Positions 37,591-47,700 of a stretch of DNA of 64,000 bases are shown piece by piece. Origin of the DNA: an uncultured Bacteroidota bacterium (lineage in GTDB: Bacteria; Bacteroidota; Bacteroidia; Bacteroidales; SZUA-534); assembly GCA_946414435.1 (NCBI GenBank), contig CAMKOM010000014.1, positions 2,717 to 66,716 of the forward strand, given 5' to 3'. The stretch's first letter is position 1, and each line of letters opens with the position of its first letter. Under the pieces are notes generated by a model. It did not search any database. It saw nothing but the letters and a program-made list of their open reading frames with translations, and had not been told where the DNA came from. The position numbers were made by a program, and so were the translations under genes.

Positions 37591-37632
37591 TAATTAATTA
37601 ATAATGAACAATGAACAATTAAATATAAGAGT
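37591..37632. repeat. Six 7-nt periodic units ending at the adaptor-gene ATG
   Basis: taattaa ttaataa tgaacaa tgaacaa ttaaata taagagt. Shares the 13-mer aatgaacaattaa (37610-37622) with 36224-36236. Confidence 0.75.
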
Positions 37633-38736
37633 ATGAAAAAGTTTTTTAAGATTCTGACACTGATTTTTGTGATTGTGCTGTTTGTGGGCACAATAGTGTT
37701 CCTGGCCAATAAAACCAAGAAGGAGCCGGAGGTTTACAACATCGAGAAACCGCAGAAAACCAACATTGTAAATCAGACAATGGCCACCGGCTCGATTGTG
37801 CCGCGCAAGGAGATACCTATCAAGCCGCAGGTGTCGGGCATTGTGCAAGAGATTTATTTCGAGGCCGGCTCAATGGTGAAGGAAGGCCAAGTGATTGCAA
37901 AAGTGAAGATTATCCCTGACGTGCAGTCGCTCAACTCGGCCGAATCGCAGGTGAAAATGCAGAAACTGAATCTCGACAACGAGACTATCAACTTCAACCG
38001 TCAGAAACAGCTCTATGAGAAGCACGTGATTTCGGACCAAGACTATCAGAAGGCTGAACTGTCATATAATCAGGCACTTGAAAACTACAACAATGCGCAG
38101 AGCAACCTTGAAATCATTAAAGACGGTGTGAGCAAAAAGGCGCAGAACACCACCAACACGCTCATCCGCTCAACCATCAACGGAATGATTATCGACGTGC
38201 CAATCAAAGAGGGTAACAGCGTCACGCAGTCGAACACCTTCAACGACGGCACCACCATTGCCGTGGTGGCCGATATGGGCGATATGATTTTCGAGGGCAA
38301 GATTGACGAGACCGAGGTTGGCAAAATCCACGAGGGAATGCATTTGGACCTGACCATCGGCGCCATCATCGACACGCACTACGACGCTGTTCTTGAGTAC
38401 ATCTCGCCAAAAGGCGTTGAGCAGAACGGCGCCGTGCAGTTCGACATCAAAGCCAAGGTGCAGCTGCAAGAGGGCAAGTTCATCCGCGCGGGCTACAGCG
38501 CCAACGCCAACATCATTCTCGACCGTCGCGACAGCGTAATGGCCATATCTGAAGGCCTGCTCTTCTTCGAGAACGACAGCTCGTTTGTGAACGTGCTGGT
38601 GAGCGACTCAACCGAAATGCCGCAACGCTTCGAGCGCCGGTTTGTTGAGATTGGCTCGTCGGACGGCATCAATATCGAAATAAAGAGCGGACTCGACTGG
38701 AACGACCAAATCAAAGGGAACTTGAAGATTAATTAG
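37633..38736 (+). CDS. Efflux periplasmic adaptor subunit (HlyD/MacA family)
   Basis: 367 aa. N-terminal TM anchor, lipoyl-like hairpin (GSIVPRKEIPIKPQVSGIV...V.EGQVIAKV), coiled-coil segment, beta-barrel C-terminus. Confidence 0.88.
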   Translation: MKKFFKILTLIFVIVLFVGTIVFLANKTKKEPEVYNIEKPQKTNIVNQTMATGSIVPRKEIPIKPQVSGIVQEIYFEAGSMVKEGQVIAKVKIIPDVQSLNSAESQVKMQKLNLDNETINFNRQKQLYEKHVISDQDYQKAELSYNQALENYNNAQSNLEIIKDGVSKKAQNTTNTLIRSTINGMIIDVPIKEGNSVTQSNTFNDGTTIAVVADMGDMIFEGKIDETEVGKIHEGMHLDLTIGAIIDTHYDAVLEYISPKGVEQNGAVQFDIKAKVQLQEGKFIRAGYSANANIILDRRDSVMAISEGLLFFENDSSFVNVLVSDSTEMPQRFERRFVEIGSSDGINIEIKSGLDWNDQIKGNLKIN

Positions 38737-38757
38737 GAATTAACAATTAACAATGAA
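38737..38757. repeat. Three 7-nt units directly after the adaptor stop codon
   Basis: gaattaa caattaa caatgaa, the same heptamer family as 36209-36250. Confidence 0.6.
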
Positions 38758-38929
38758 TAAGGCATATAGGTGTAAACAGAATGGTTTTAGGTGTTGGTAA
38801 GAACACGATTCATCGCGTCAGTTCATCGGATAGAATCGGGTGAAATCGTTTAGAGAAAAATCCTTAAAATCAGTTAAATCTGTGTCATCTGCGTTCAATT
38901 AATCAGAAATTAAAAATCGAAAATCAACA

Positions 38930-40252
38930 ATGAAAAAGTCAGCAATATTGGCATTTGCCGCGATAATGGGGGCCGCGACGGCCGGAGCGCAGGAGCCGTG
39001 GACTCTGGAGCAGTGCATCAACCACGCTGTCGAGAACAATATCACAATCAAGCAGCAGCAACTGAACGTTGAGCAACATCAAAACTCGTATGAGCAGACG
39101 CGCCTGAGCGTGCTGCCAAGCGTGAATGCGGGGTTGAGCCAGTCGTACTCGTTCGGTCAGTCGACGGGTAGCGACAATACCTTTGTCAATAACAACTCAT
39201 CGTCGACATCGGGCCACATCTCGGCCAATATGACGTTGTTCAACGGTCTGTCGAAATACAACCAGATAAAAGTGAGCAAACTCAACTACGAAGCGGCTTT
39301 GCAGAATCTGGAGCAGGCCAAGAACAATATGTCGCTGAACATTACATCGGCTTACCTTGATGTGCTGCTGAACAAGGAGCTGCTGGCCACATCGCAAGAG
39401 CAGCTCGAGCTGACGCGTGCGCAGATTGAGACCAACCGCCAGCAGGTGGAGTCCGGAACGCTGGCCGCCGGCAAACTGCTCGAGACCGAGTCGCAGGCCG
39501 CGCAGGAGGAACTGGACGTTACCAACCGCGAGAACTCGCTGTTAATCTCGAAGATAACACTGCAGCAACTGCTCGAACTGCCCGTGAGCGAGGAGTTCGA
39601 CATTGCAGTGCCCGACATCGATTTTGACCAGGTGGCAGCCACTCTGCTGTCGGTTGACACGGTTTATGAGCGCGCCGTTGAGGAGCGTCCCGAGATTAAG
39701 AGCCGCGAGTTGGCCGTTGAGAGTGCCGACCGCCAGATTGCCGTGGCGCGGGCGCAGCAGTACCCGTCGTTGAGCGCCAGTGCGGGCTACAGCAACAGTT
39801 ACTACAAAATGTCGGGAATAGATAACCCGTCGTTGAGCGACCAGCTCGACCTTCACGGCAGCAAAAGCATCGGCCTGTCGCTGAACATTCCGATTTTCAA
39901 CGGTTGGCAAGCCCGCACAAACGTGAAAAACAGCAAGTTGAACTATCAGAACTCACAACTCGAACTGCAACAGGCCAAAAACACACTTTTGAAAGAGATT
40001 CAGCAAGTGTATGTGAACGCGCAGGCCGCCCTGAAGCGCTACGAGTCGAGCCAGAAAGCCGTGAGCAGCGCCGACGAGTCGTTCCGCTATGTGAAAGAGA
40101 AATTCGATTTGGGCATTGTGACACCGCTCGAGTTCAACGAAGCCAAAAACCGCCTTGCACAGGCGCAGTCAACCTTCATCCAGGCCAAGTACGAGTATCT
40201 GTTCCGAATGAAGATTCTGGATTTCTACTATGGAAAAGAGTTGAAGATATAA
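38930..40252 (+). CDS. TolC-family outer membrane efflux protein
   Basis: 440 aa. Signal peptide; two OEP repeats with typical LTLEQCI..A.ENN and coiled-coil segments. Confidence 0.88.
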   Translation: MKKSAILAFAAIMGAATAGAQEPWTLEQCINHAVENNITIKQQQLNVEQHQNSYEQTRLSVLPSVNAGLSQSYSFGQSTGSDNTFVNNNSSSTSGHISANMTLFNGLSKYNQIKVSKLNYEAALQNLEQAKNNMSLNITSAYLDVLLNKELLATSQEQLELTRAQIETNRQQVESGTLAAGKLLETESQAAQEELDVTNRENSLLISKITLQQLLELPVSEEFDIAVPDIDFDQVAATLLSVDTVYERAVEERPEIKSRELAVESADRQIAVARAQQYPSLSASAGYSNSYYKMSGIDNPSLSDQLDLHGSKSIGLSLNIPIFNGWQARTNVKNSKLNYQNSQLELQQAKNTLLKEIQQVYVNAQAALKRYESSQKAVSSADESFRYVKEKFDLGIVTPLEFNEAKNRLAQAQSTFIQAKYEYLFRMKILDFYYGKELKI

Positions 40253-40424
40253 TATATGTATGAGTATGCCTCTGCAACCCATCCGCAGGAATCCTGCTAA
40301 CACGCATATTTGTCGATAAAATTTTGTATTACGAGCCACTTTTAGAAAAAATGAAGATGCGCCCGTTTGCGTTTGATTTTTTTTGTATTTTGCCGCCGTT
40401 TTGTACGCCCCCTATTGGGGGCTC

Positions 40425-40514
40425 GGAGAAATGGCCGAGTGGTCGAAGGCGCACGCCTGGAAAGTGTGTATACCATGTGAAATGGTATCGTGGGTTCGAA
40501 TCCCCCTTTCTCCG
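40425..40514 (+). tRNA. tRNA-Ser (anticodon GGA)
   Basis: 90 nt. Acceptor stem GGAGAAA/TTTCTCC, anticodon stem-loop CACGC-CUGGAAA-GTGTG, long variable arm ATACCAT/ATGGTAT, TTCGAAT T-loop. One U.C mismatch in the T stem. Confidence 0.9.
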
Positions 40515-40588
40515 CTATAAAAAGTTGATTTTATTAACATTAATTAATAACAAGTAAACAAAAATCGTAATAACAAAAAAGAAAGATT

Positions 40589-41395
40589 ATGAAAAGGTTA
40601 TTCACATTGTTAGTTGTGACAATGATGCTGGGAGTGGCATCAATCAATTGCGTGAAAGCGCAAGATCAAGACACAGTTGCAGCAGCCGACACCACAGCTG
40701 TTGTTGATCAGGCTGAAGAGGCTGCCGCAGATGTTGCCGAAGACGCCATCGAAGGACAAAGTGCCCATCAGGCAATCAAACAGAAATTCATCGAGGGTGG
40801 TGTAGGCTTTATGTCTGCCGTTATCCTCTGCTTGATTCTCGGTTTGGCTATCTGCGTTGAGCGTATTCTGTTCCTCAACCTCTCATCGACCAACACCAAG
40901 AAGCTGTTGGCAAAAATTGAGTCCGCTCTTAACGAGCAAGGCGTAGAGGCAGCCAAAGAGGTTTGCCGTAACAGCCGCGGCCCAGTTGCAAGCATCTTCT
41001 ATCAGGGTTTGGACCGCTACGATGCAGGTCTCGACATGGTTGAAAAAGCTGTTATCTCTTACGGCGGCGTTCAAACCGGTTTGTTAGAGAAAAACCTGTC
41101 ATGGATTGCATTGTTCATCGCCCTGGCTCCTATGTTGGGATTCTTGGGAACAGTTATTGGTATGGTGCAGGCCTTCGACTCAATCAAGGTTGCAGGTGAC
41201 ATCAGCCCGGCATTGGTTGCAGGTGGTATTTCAGTCGCCCTTATCACAACAATGGCTGGTCTTATCGTAGCCATGATTCTTCAAGTGTTCTATAACTACT
41301 TCGTATCAAAAATCGACAGCATTGTCAACGATATGGAAGATGCATCTATCTCTTTGACAGATATGCTTTATAAGTACAACTTGAAAAACAAATAA
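40589..41395 (+). CDS. exbB: MotA/TolQ/ExbB proton-channel family protein
   Basis: 268 aa. Signal peptide and acidic linker, then 3 TM helices with LGFLGTVIGMVQAF and AGGISVALITTMAGL motifs. Confidence 0.88.
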   Translation: MKRLFTLLVVTMMLGVASINCVKAQDQDTVAAADTTAVVDQAEEAAADVAEDAIEGQSAHQAIKQKFIEGGVGFMSAVILCLILGLAICVERILFLNLSSTNTKKLLAKIESALNEQGVEAAKEVCRNSRGPVASIFYQGLDRYDAGLDMVEKAVISYGGVQTGLLEKNLSWIALFIALAPMLGFLGTVIGMVQAFDSIKVAGDISPALVAGGISVALITTMAGLIVAMILQVFYNYFVSKIDSIVNDMEDASISLTDMLYKYNLKNK

Positions 41396-41397
41396 AA

Positions 41398-41817
41398 ATG
41401 AATTCAACATTATCAAAAATCATAGCTATTGTATCTACCGTTTTGTTGGCAGTGAGTGCCATCTCTGGAATTCTCACTTTTGCAACAGGTGAATACATTG
41501 ATTGGTTGTTGACATGGACATATATCCTTGTAGCTGTGTCATTCTTAGTCATCATTGTTGGTTCATTGGTTGGGATTCTTTCTTCAAAGAAAGGCGCTCT
41601 CACATTCCTGGGTGTGCTTGTAGGTGCTGCAGTTATCATTTTCGGACTCCACTCGTTGGCTTCTGATACGCTGCCCACATTCTTCGGAGTTGAGGATTAC
41701 AATCTGACCCTTACTATTGCAAAGTGGGTTGATACATCATTATATGTAACTTATTTACTGTTCGGTACAGCAATTTTAGGATTGGGCATTACTGCTGTCC
41801 GCTCTGCAGCCGAATAA
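41398..41817 (+). CDS. Small 4-TM membrane protein of unknown function inside the ExbBD cluster
   Basis: 139 aa with four hydrophobic helices. 2-nt gap after exbB. Confidence 0.55.
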   Translation: MNSTLSKIIAIVSTVLLAVSAISGILTFATGEYIDWLLTWTYILVAVSFLVIIVGSLVGILSSKKGALTFLGVLVGAAVIIFGLHSLASDTLPTFFGVEDYNLTLTIAKWVDTSLYVTYLLFGTAILGLGITAVRSAAE

Positions 41818-41837
41818 GGATAAATTAATAGTAAATT

Positions 41838-42416
41838 ATGGCACGTAAAACACCAGATATTCCTTCTGCATCGTTGGCCGACACCGCGTTCATGATGTTG
41901 ATATTCTTCTTGGTATCAACAACTATGGACACTGACGCGGGTATATCGCGTACGTTGCCGCAACCGGTGCCTAAAGAGGAAATCAATGATGACCAGAAGA
42001 TTAAGGAAAGAAACGTATTGATTGTCCTTATCAACAAGAACGACCAGTTGATGGTTGAGGGAGAACCAATGCACATTAGCGAGCTCAAGAAGAAAGCTAA
42101 AGAGTTCATTGAGAACCCTGCTGACGACCCGAGTCTTCCGGAAAAGAGCGTTAAGGAAATACCGTTCTTTGGCGACTATCCGGTATCGAAACAGGTTATC
42201 TCACTTCAGAACGACCGTGGCACATCGTACGGCTTGTATGTACAGGTTCAGGACGAGCTTGCCGCCGCTTACAACGAGTTGAGAAACGAGTTGTCGCAGA
42301 AGAAGTGGGGTAAACGCTACGATGATTTGGATAAGGAACAGCAGGATGCTATCAAGAAAATCTATCCGTTAGCTATTTCTGAGGCTGAACCGAAAAACTA
42401 TGGAGGAAACAAATAA
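41838..42416 (+). CDS. exbD: ExbD/TolR biopolymer transport protein (long form)
   Basis: 192 aa. SLADTAFMMLIFFLVSTTM TM motif followed by a periplasmic domain. Confidence 0.85.
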   Translation: MARKTPDIPSASLADTAFMMLIFFLVSTTMDTDAGISRTLPQPVPKEEINDDQKIKERNVLIVLINKNDQLMVEGEPMHISELKKKAKEFIENPADDPSLPEKSVKEIPFFGDYPVSKQVISLQNDRGTSYGLYVQVQDELAAAYNELRNELSQKKWGKRYDDLDKEQQDAIKKIYPLAISEAEPKNYGGNK

Positions 42417-42889
42417 TGGGAAAATTTAGAGACGGCGGCAAAAAAGAAGTGCCGGCAATTTCGACATCATCGCTTCCTGACGTGGTTTATATGCTGTTAT
42501 TCTTCTTTATGGTTTCAACAACCATGAAGGAGGTTGACTTGAAAATCGGTGTGAATGTTCCGATGGCTAGCGAGATCAAGAAACTTGAAAAGAAATCGTT
42601 GGTAAGCTACATTTACATTGGCAAGCCGAAAGACAAATTTGCCAAGGCATATGGCACAGAGCCTCGTATACAGTTGAACGATCAATTTGCTGAAGTGAAG
42701 GACATTCCTGATTACATTTCGGCTGAGCGTCAGCAGAGGGACGAGAAGGAGATACCATTGATGACAACATCGCTCAAGGTTGACGAAAACACCAAAATGG
42801 GTATAGTCACCGATGTGAAACAAGAGTTAAGAAAGGTTAGTGCGCTGAAAATCAATTACTCTACAAAAAAGGGAGTGAGACGTTACTAA
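42416..42889 (+). CDS. exbD: ExbD/TolR biopolymer transport protein
   Basis: 157 aa. SLPDVVYMLLFFFMVSTTM motif. Start overlaps the previous stop (ATAATGG). Confidence 0.85.
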   Translation: MGKFRDGGKKEVPAISTSSLPDVVYMLLFFFMVSTTMKEVDLKIGVNVPMASEIKKLEKKSLVSYIYIGKPKDKFAKAYGTEPRIQLNDQFAEVKDIPDYISAERQQRDEKEIPLMTTSLKVDENTKMGIVTDVKQELRKVSALKINYSTKKGVRRY

Positions 42890-42908
42890 TCGGTTGACTT
42901 ATAAATGC

Positions 42909-42946
42909 AAAGGATGGCTGCTACACCGCAACCATCCTTTTTTTTG
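42909..42946 (+). terminator. Rho-independent terminator after the ExbBD cluster
   Basis: aaaggatgg ... ccatccttt (9-bp stem) followed by tttttt. Confidence 0.8.
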
Positions 42947-42956
42947 ATTTTATGTC

Positions 42957-43445
42957 ATGACAAAAATCAGATCAGCCATTATTGTTCTGCTGATAATACT
43001 TCTGCAAAGCTGTGGAAAGTTTCTGCCGCCCGAGTTTGCCGGCATCAACACCATTGATGTTACCGAAGTCAGGCTGAAGCAGATAACCGTCCGCGTTAAT
43101 GCTGCGGTGTACAATCCAAACAAGCACAGCATTACTGTCAGAAACGCCGACATTGATGTTGCCATGCATGATATCAAAGCAGGGAAGCTGCTGGTCGACA
43201 GTACAATAACCATAGCAGCCCGCACCCAGGCCAACTGCAATTTCACTCTGAAATTGAGCACGAGGGAGATCTTCAAAGCAGGGCTCTCGGCAGCTGACGA
43301 GCTATTCGCGAAAAGCGGCGAAATCAAACTCACCGGCACTGTCGACGGCGAGTATGCCATCTTCAAACGCAAGCTCGACATCGACACAACGGTCAAGGTT
43401 GGTGACATTGTGCCTCGGGAAAAAACACTGCAGCACGATTTATAA
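42957..43445 (+). CDS. LEA type 2 (WHy-domain-like) lipoprotein
   Basis: 162 aa. Lipobox ILLQSC. Pattern V.V.A.VYNPN...I.....DI.V......G resembles LEA_2. Confidence 0.5.
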   Translation: MTKIRSAIIVLLIILLQSCGKFLPPEFAGINTIDVTEVRLKQITVRVNAAVYNPNKHSITVRNADIDVAMHDIKAGKLLVDSTITIAARTQANCNFTLKLSTREIFKAGLSAADELFAKSGEIKLTGTVDGEYAIFKRKLDIDTTVKVGDIVPREKTLQHDL

Positions 43446-43507
43446 CGTGCTACGGGTTGGATTTCTCGAAAAAATCGCTTTAAATTGCACCCGAAACAAA
43501 TGGGTCA

Positions 43508-44344
43508 ATGGATAAGTATATTCTGGTTCCGGTAGATTTCTCGCCAAGCTCCATCAACGCAATGGAGCATGCGGTGCTTTATGCCAATGCCATTGGATGC
43601 AACATCAGAATGATCCATGTCAAACGCCGCAACGCCGATTACGACCCCGCCATCAGTTTCAACGATTACGACGAAGTGCTGAAGTCATCGGTTATCAATA
43701 AATTCAAGCAGATAATTGCCCATTTCAAAGGCAAAATGAAAGGCCGCATTGACTACTGCGTGCGCGAGGGCCGCGTTTTCACCGAAGTGTGCAACCAAGC
43801 CAAGTACGGCGATGCGCTGATGATTATAAGCGGCACCAACGGAGTGTCGGGTTTTAAGGAACGATGGGAAGGCAGCAACGCTTTCCGCATTGTGAGCCAT
43901 GCCATATGCCCGGTCATCACCATCAAATATAATTTTGTCCCGCAGGGCCCGCGGCGTATTGTGGTGCCAATCGACAATACTGCCCGCACAAGGCTCAAAA
44001 TCCCGATTGTGGCCAAGATAGCCAAATGTTTCGATGCTGAGATGATGTTGGTCGACCTCAGAAACGACAACAAACTATCGACACAGAAAAAAATGGAAGA
44101 GGCCATGAAGGCAGTGACCGTCTATCTGGACCGCCACAATGTGAAATACAGCAAGAACACTCTGTGCGTCAAGAAGAAGAAAACAGCAACTGCTGTCATC
44201 GATTTTGCGCTTGAGAGCGATGCCGACCTGATTGCCGCTACCAGCGAAAGACTCGACAACAACTGGCAGATCTTCTCGATATCAAATCCGCAGAAATTAG
44301 TCAACCACTCACCAATTCCGGTTATCACTATTAAGGTGGCATAA
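43508..44344 (+). CDS. Universal stress protein (tandem Usp domains)
   Basis: 278 aa. ILVPVDFSPSS start; two Usp-like halves, each ending in a G..G / ..S..V.....PV.. pattern. Confidence 0.78.
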   Translation: MDKYILVPVDFSPSSINAMEHAVLYANAIGCNIRMIHVKRRNADYDPAISFNDYDEVLKSSVINKFKQIIAHFKGKMKGRIDYCVREGRVFTEVCNQAKYGDALMIISGTNGVSGFKERWEGSNAFRIVSHAICPVITIKYNFVPQGPRRIVVPIDNTARTRLKIPIVAKIAKCFDAEMMLVDLRNDNKLSTQKKMEEAMKAVTVYLDRHNVKYSKNTLCVKKKKTATAVIDFALESDADLIAATSERLDNNWQIFSISNPQKLVNHSPIPVITIKVA

Positions 44345-44444
44345 AGCGGCTGAACGGAAATTCCGAATTTCAACCATTCTCAACCGAATTTAAAACCGTT
44401 GCCGCCAAATTTGAATTTGGACTTACTGCGTTCGAAAGCGGCTT

Positions 44445-44452
44445 TATATTTG
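44445..44452 (+). promoter_or_regulatory. Orphan candidate -7 promoter box
   Basis: TATATTTG (TAnnTTTG) with no plus-strand protein gene downstream for 7 kb. Confidence 0.4.
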
Positions 44453-44457
44453 CATCG

Positions 44458-44533
44458 TTCAATCAAACCATGAAATATGTGGAGAATCTGGAATACCTTG
44501 ATTTCACCCCCGAAACTCAAGGTATTTTTTTTG
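44458..44533 (+). ncRNA. Candidate small RNA (about 75 nt), promoter-to-terminator unit
   Basis: Starts a few nt after the -7 box. Ends in a 9-bp perfect hairpin ataccttga (44493-44501)/tcaaggtat (44517-44525) followed by T8. No family recognised. Confidence 0.3.
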
Positions 44534-44661
44534 TGACTGTTTTGCAGATACCAGACTTTGGGGCGGAATCCTTAAATTTTGTTAAAATTTCTCGCATCAG
44601 TGGTTAAAACATGTGTCACCGCGATGGAGGCAACCATTCCCGTATGTTCCGTAGTTAGAAA

Positions 44662-44706
44662 CAAAAAAAACGGGCAACAAGGTTTTGGCCCTGATGCCCG
44701 TTTGTT
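44662..44706 (-). terminator. Terminator after the large surface-protein gene
   Basis: Minus strand: AACGGGCA...TGCCCGTT stem followed by TTTTTTTTG. Also T-rich on the plus side, so possibly bidirectional. Confidence 0.6.
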
Positions 44707-44723
44707 ATTGTTGGAATAACTGA

Positions 44724-47700
44724 CTATTGTTCCTCTACCAGGCCATAGTAATACTTTTGTCCGTAGTCATTGTTTTCTTTTAACACAATTTTATAGCCTT
44801 CATTTATGATTCTGAATTTGGAAATGGCATCCATGACAACTTGTCTGTCCCAGCCACCCAATAAATAGAAATTATTACTAACAGTATTGGCAGTTGGGTT
44901 AATTTCTAAATCCCAATAATCATTAACAGATGCACAGGTAATATTCATTGTTTTTTTTGTTGTCAACGGGCCATCTAATTGGATATAAATATCTCCATCT
45001 ATTGTAAGACCACCATCCATGCAAACTAAACAAATATCGTCGATATATGAGTTGCCCGACATATATAAGTTGGTTATGCCATTTTCGTCTTTTGATGTCG
45101 CTATGATTCCCGGCGCTATAGATGATGAGTTGTCTTTTATTTCGCCATCTTTCATAATTATAGTGGCTTGTGTTGATGCAAAGATGCCACCGCCCATACC
45201 TAAAGTTATTTCTTGATGATCGTGCTGTTCAGTAATTTCCGGCTCTTCTATTGTGTTTTCGGTTATCAGACCGCCTGACATTTCAAAATGTCCATCATCC
45301 ACAAACACTCCTCCACCTCTTGAATAAGTATAATAATAAACAGAATATCCATTGCCATTATAGTAGTAATCATATGAATATTTTCCTACACCTTTGTTTC
45401 CACTAATGGTGCCGCCTTCCAATCGGAAATAGCCATTGTTATAGACTCCACCACCTTCGCCGTAAAAGTCATCGCCGCCTACTGTGTTGTCGCATATTTT
45501 AGCACTGTTGCGCATTATGAACTCACCATTATTGCCAACATAAACACCGCCTCCACAACTTACGCCTGTTGTGCAAGCTGCGTTCTGCATTACAAACGCA
45601 CCGCTGTCAAGCACCACAGTAGCATTGCCCACATACAATCCACCGCCTTCACCTATCTGGCTTGGTTCACTCGGGTCTTCAGGATTGATACCGCCACCGG
45701 TGAGTTTCAGATTCTTGATAATGATGTTTCCGCTATTGACGGTCAGCGGACGATGGCTAATGTTGCCCACAATGGCGTCTTGGGGCACGCCGTTTGAATC
45801 CAAACCTTTTGCGCCGCGGAGGGTTATTTTTTTGAAATTCTCTGCGTAAGCATCAGTTATTGTTGCGGGTTCAACATTGCCTGTAATCATCAGCGTGTAA
45901 GAGGAGAGTGCGTCATTCATTACGTCCAAGGCCTCGGTTATACTTTTGTATGGATTGCCTTCTGAACCGTCGGGGTAACGGCCGGTATTACTTGGATTTA
46001 TGTATAGAGTTTTATTACTCTTATGCACCACCGGACGTACCTGCAGGCCTTGCCACTTCGAGTTGGTGAGCACTTGTTTGTTGCTTGTGCTGAATTCGAG
46101 GCAGTACGCCCCATCGGAAGTTGAATTGCTGGCCCAATAGAGCCCTTTGCTTGGATTGCTGATGTTGGTACCGCTGTAGTTGCCTGATATTGGCAGGAAG
46201 ATGTATTTACCACTGAGAATCATTTCCAAATCAGGATTGCCATTTAAATCATCGATATACATGATCTTACCTCTGTTTTGCGGGAATTCGGATGATGAGT
46301 AAATGCGCACACCGTCTTCGCCTTCAACCCAAACCCACAGACACTCGTCGACAAGCTCCTGCCAGTCGGAGTTGTTTGGCACAACCCAGCTTTCGCTATT
46401 TTCCCATGACCAGAATGGTTGTTCGGTGGCAGGTTGGGTGTTAGTGATACCATCTGAGTAGTTTTCTTTCTCTGTGGTTTCGCTCCATGCCAGATAGTCG
46501 CCCCAGTCGAAAGGTGTTGGGGCTCCCACATTGTAGGCTGCCCAAAGGTTTCCGCTGGGCAAATCAAGATCGATATAATCACAATCATCGTATTGGAGAT
46601 AATAATCATATCTACTTGTCATATTGTTGTAGTCGGTTACGCCGTTGTTTTTCAGCCAACGGTGGAACGATGGTTCGGCTTCGCCCTCTTTGAACTCAAG
46701 ACATTTCAAAATGTTTGCAGTTGCACCGCTTGAGTATGTCAAGTCGATTTGCAGCACCACGCCTTTATATACATAGAAAGTGCGGGTTTGTTGGCCGCTG
46801 TGGTTTCCTCCCGTTGAGTCGACACTAACGCTATGAGTGTACTTATCGACATCGTATGGTTTTCCGTTAACGGTAATGGTGGATGTACCATTGGAGGTTA
46901 TTTCATTTATATCAATACCATATCGACTTCCCGATATACAATAGTTATTAGAATAATCGGCAAATTCCCATGAAAAACCAGCAGACAAACTAGTATTGAC
47001 ACCAGCCAAAGAGAACAAAGGCCATTTCATCGAATCATATAATCCTGAATTATTATCGCAGTATCCCCAATAGCCATTATTACTGTTTCTTGTCCACGCC
47101 ATCAGTGATTTTTCAAGTCTGTCTGATAAATAATAGTCCGTGGCGGTTCGCCAATTTATATGTGCCAAATATTTGAATGGTTGGTCGATTTCATAGTCGA
47201 TCTTATTATAAGTAACACCTTCAAAATTATTCCAGCCGTAATCGTTAAAAACATATTGAATAGTATCGAAACGGTCGCGGTCACCATATACAGGGTGGTT
47301 TTGTGATTGATAATATTCATAAGAAGTCGGTTTATTCCACCGAATCAGATATTTGGCTGTTCCTTTTTCAGTTGTGTATGGGTATAACATTTTGTCGATA
47401 GTCACATTTACAGTGAACAAAACGACACCTTTGTCTGGACTGTCAGCAGTTGCATAAAGATCTTCATACTGAACACCAAATTGAAATGAAAATTTATGAA
47501 TATCAGATCCCTCACAACGCACACCTATCATACTACCCTCGCTAAACACATTTATAATGTAATTATCGTTCTTTTCAATTGCACCGCTGCTATTGAAATG
47601 CATACGGTCGTAAGCATTAACAAAACTTCCTTCGCCATAATAATATAACAGGCAAAACTCATAGTTTTTATTTCCATCATTTTCATCAATCTCAACTCCA

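Noticed and set aside
40324-40557. 77-aa ORF overlapping tRNA-Ser. Likewise ORFs 21472-21927 and 21749-21931 overlap tRNA-Ala and its terminators.
   Set aside because: They overlap confidently folded tRNA genes and so are spurious.
44470-44610. 46-codon ORF (MKYVENLEYLDFTPETQGIFF...) inside the sRNA candidate
   Set aside because: A strong intrinsic terminator (9-bp stem plus T8) lies in the middle of the frame, so a full-length mRNA is unlikely. It is kept only as an alternative in the sRNA finding.
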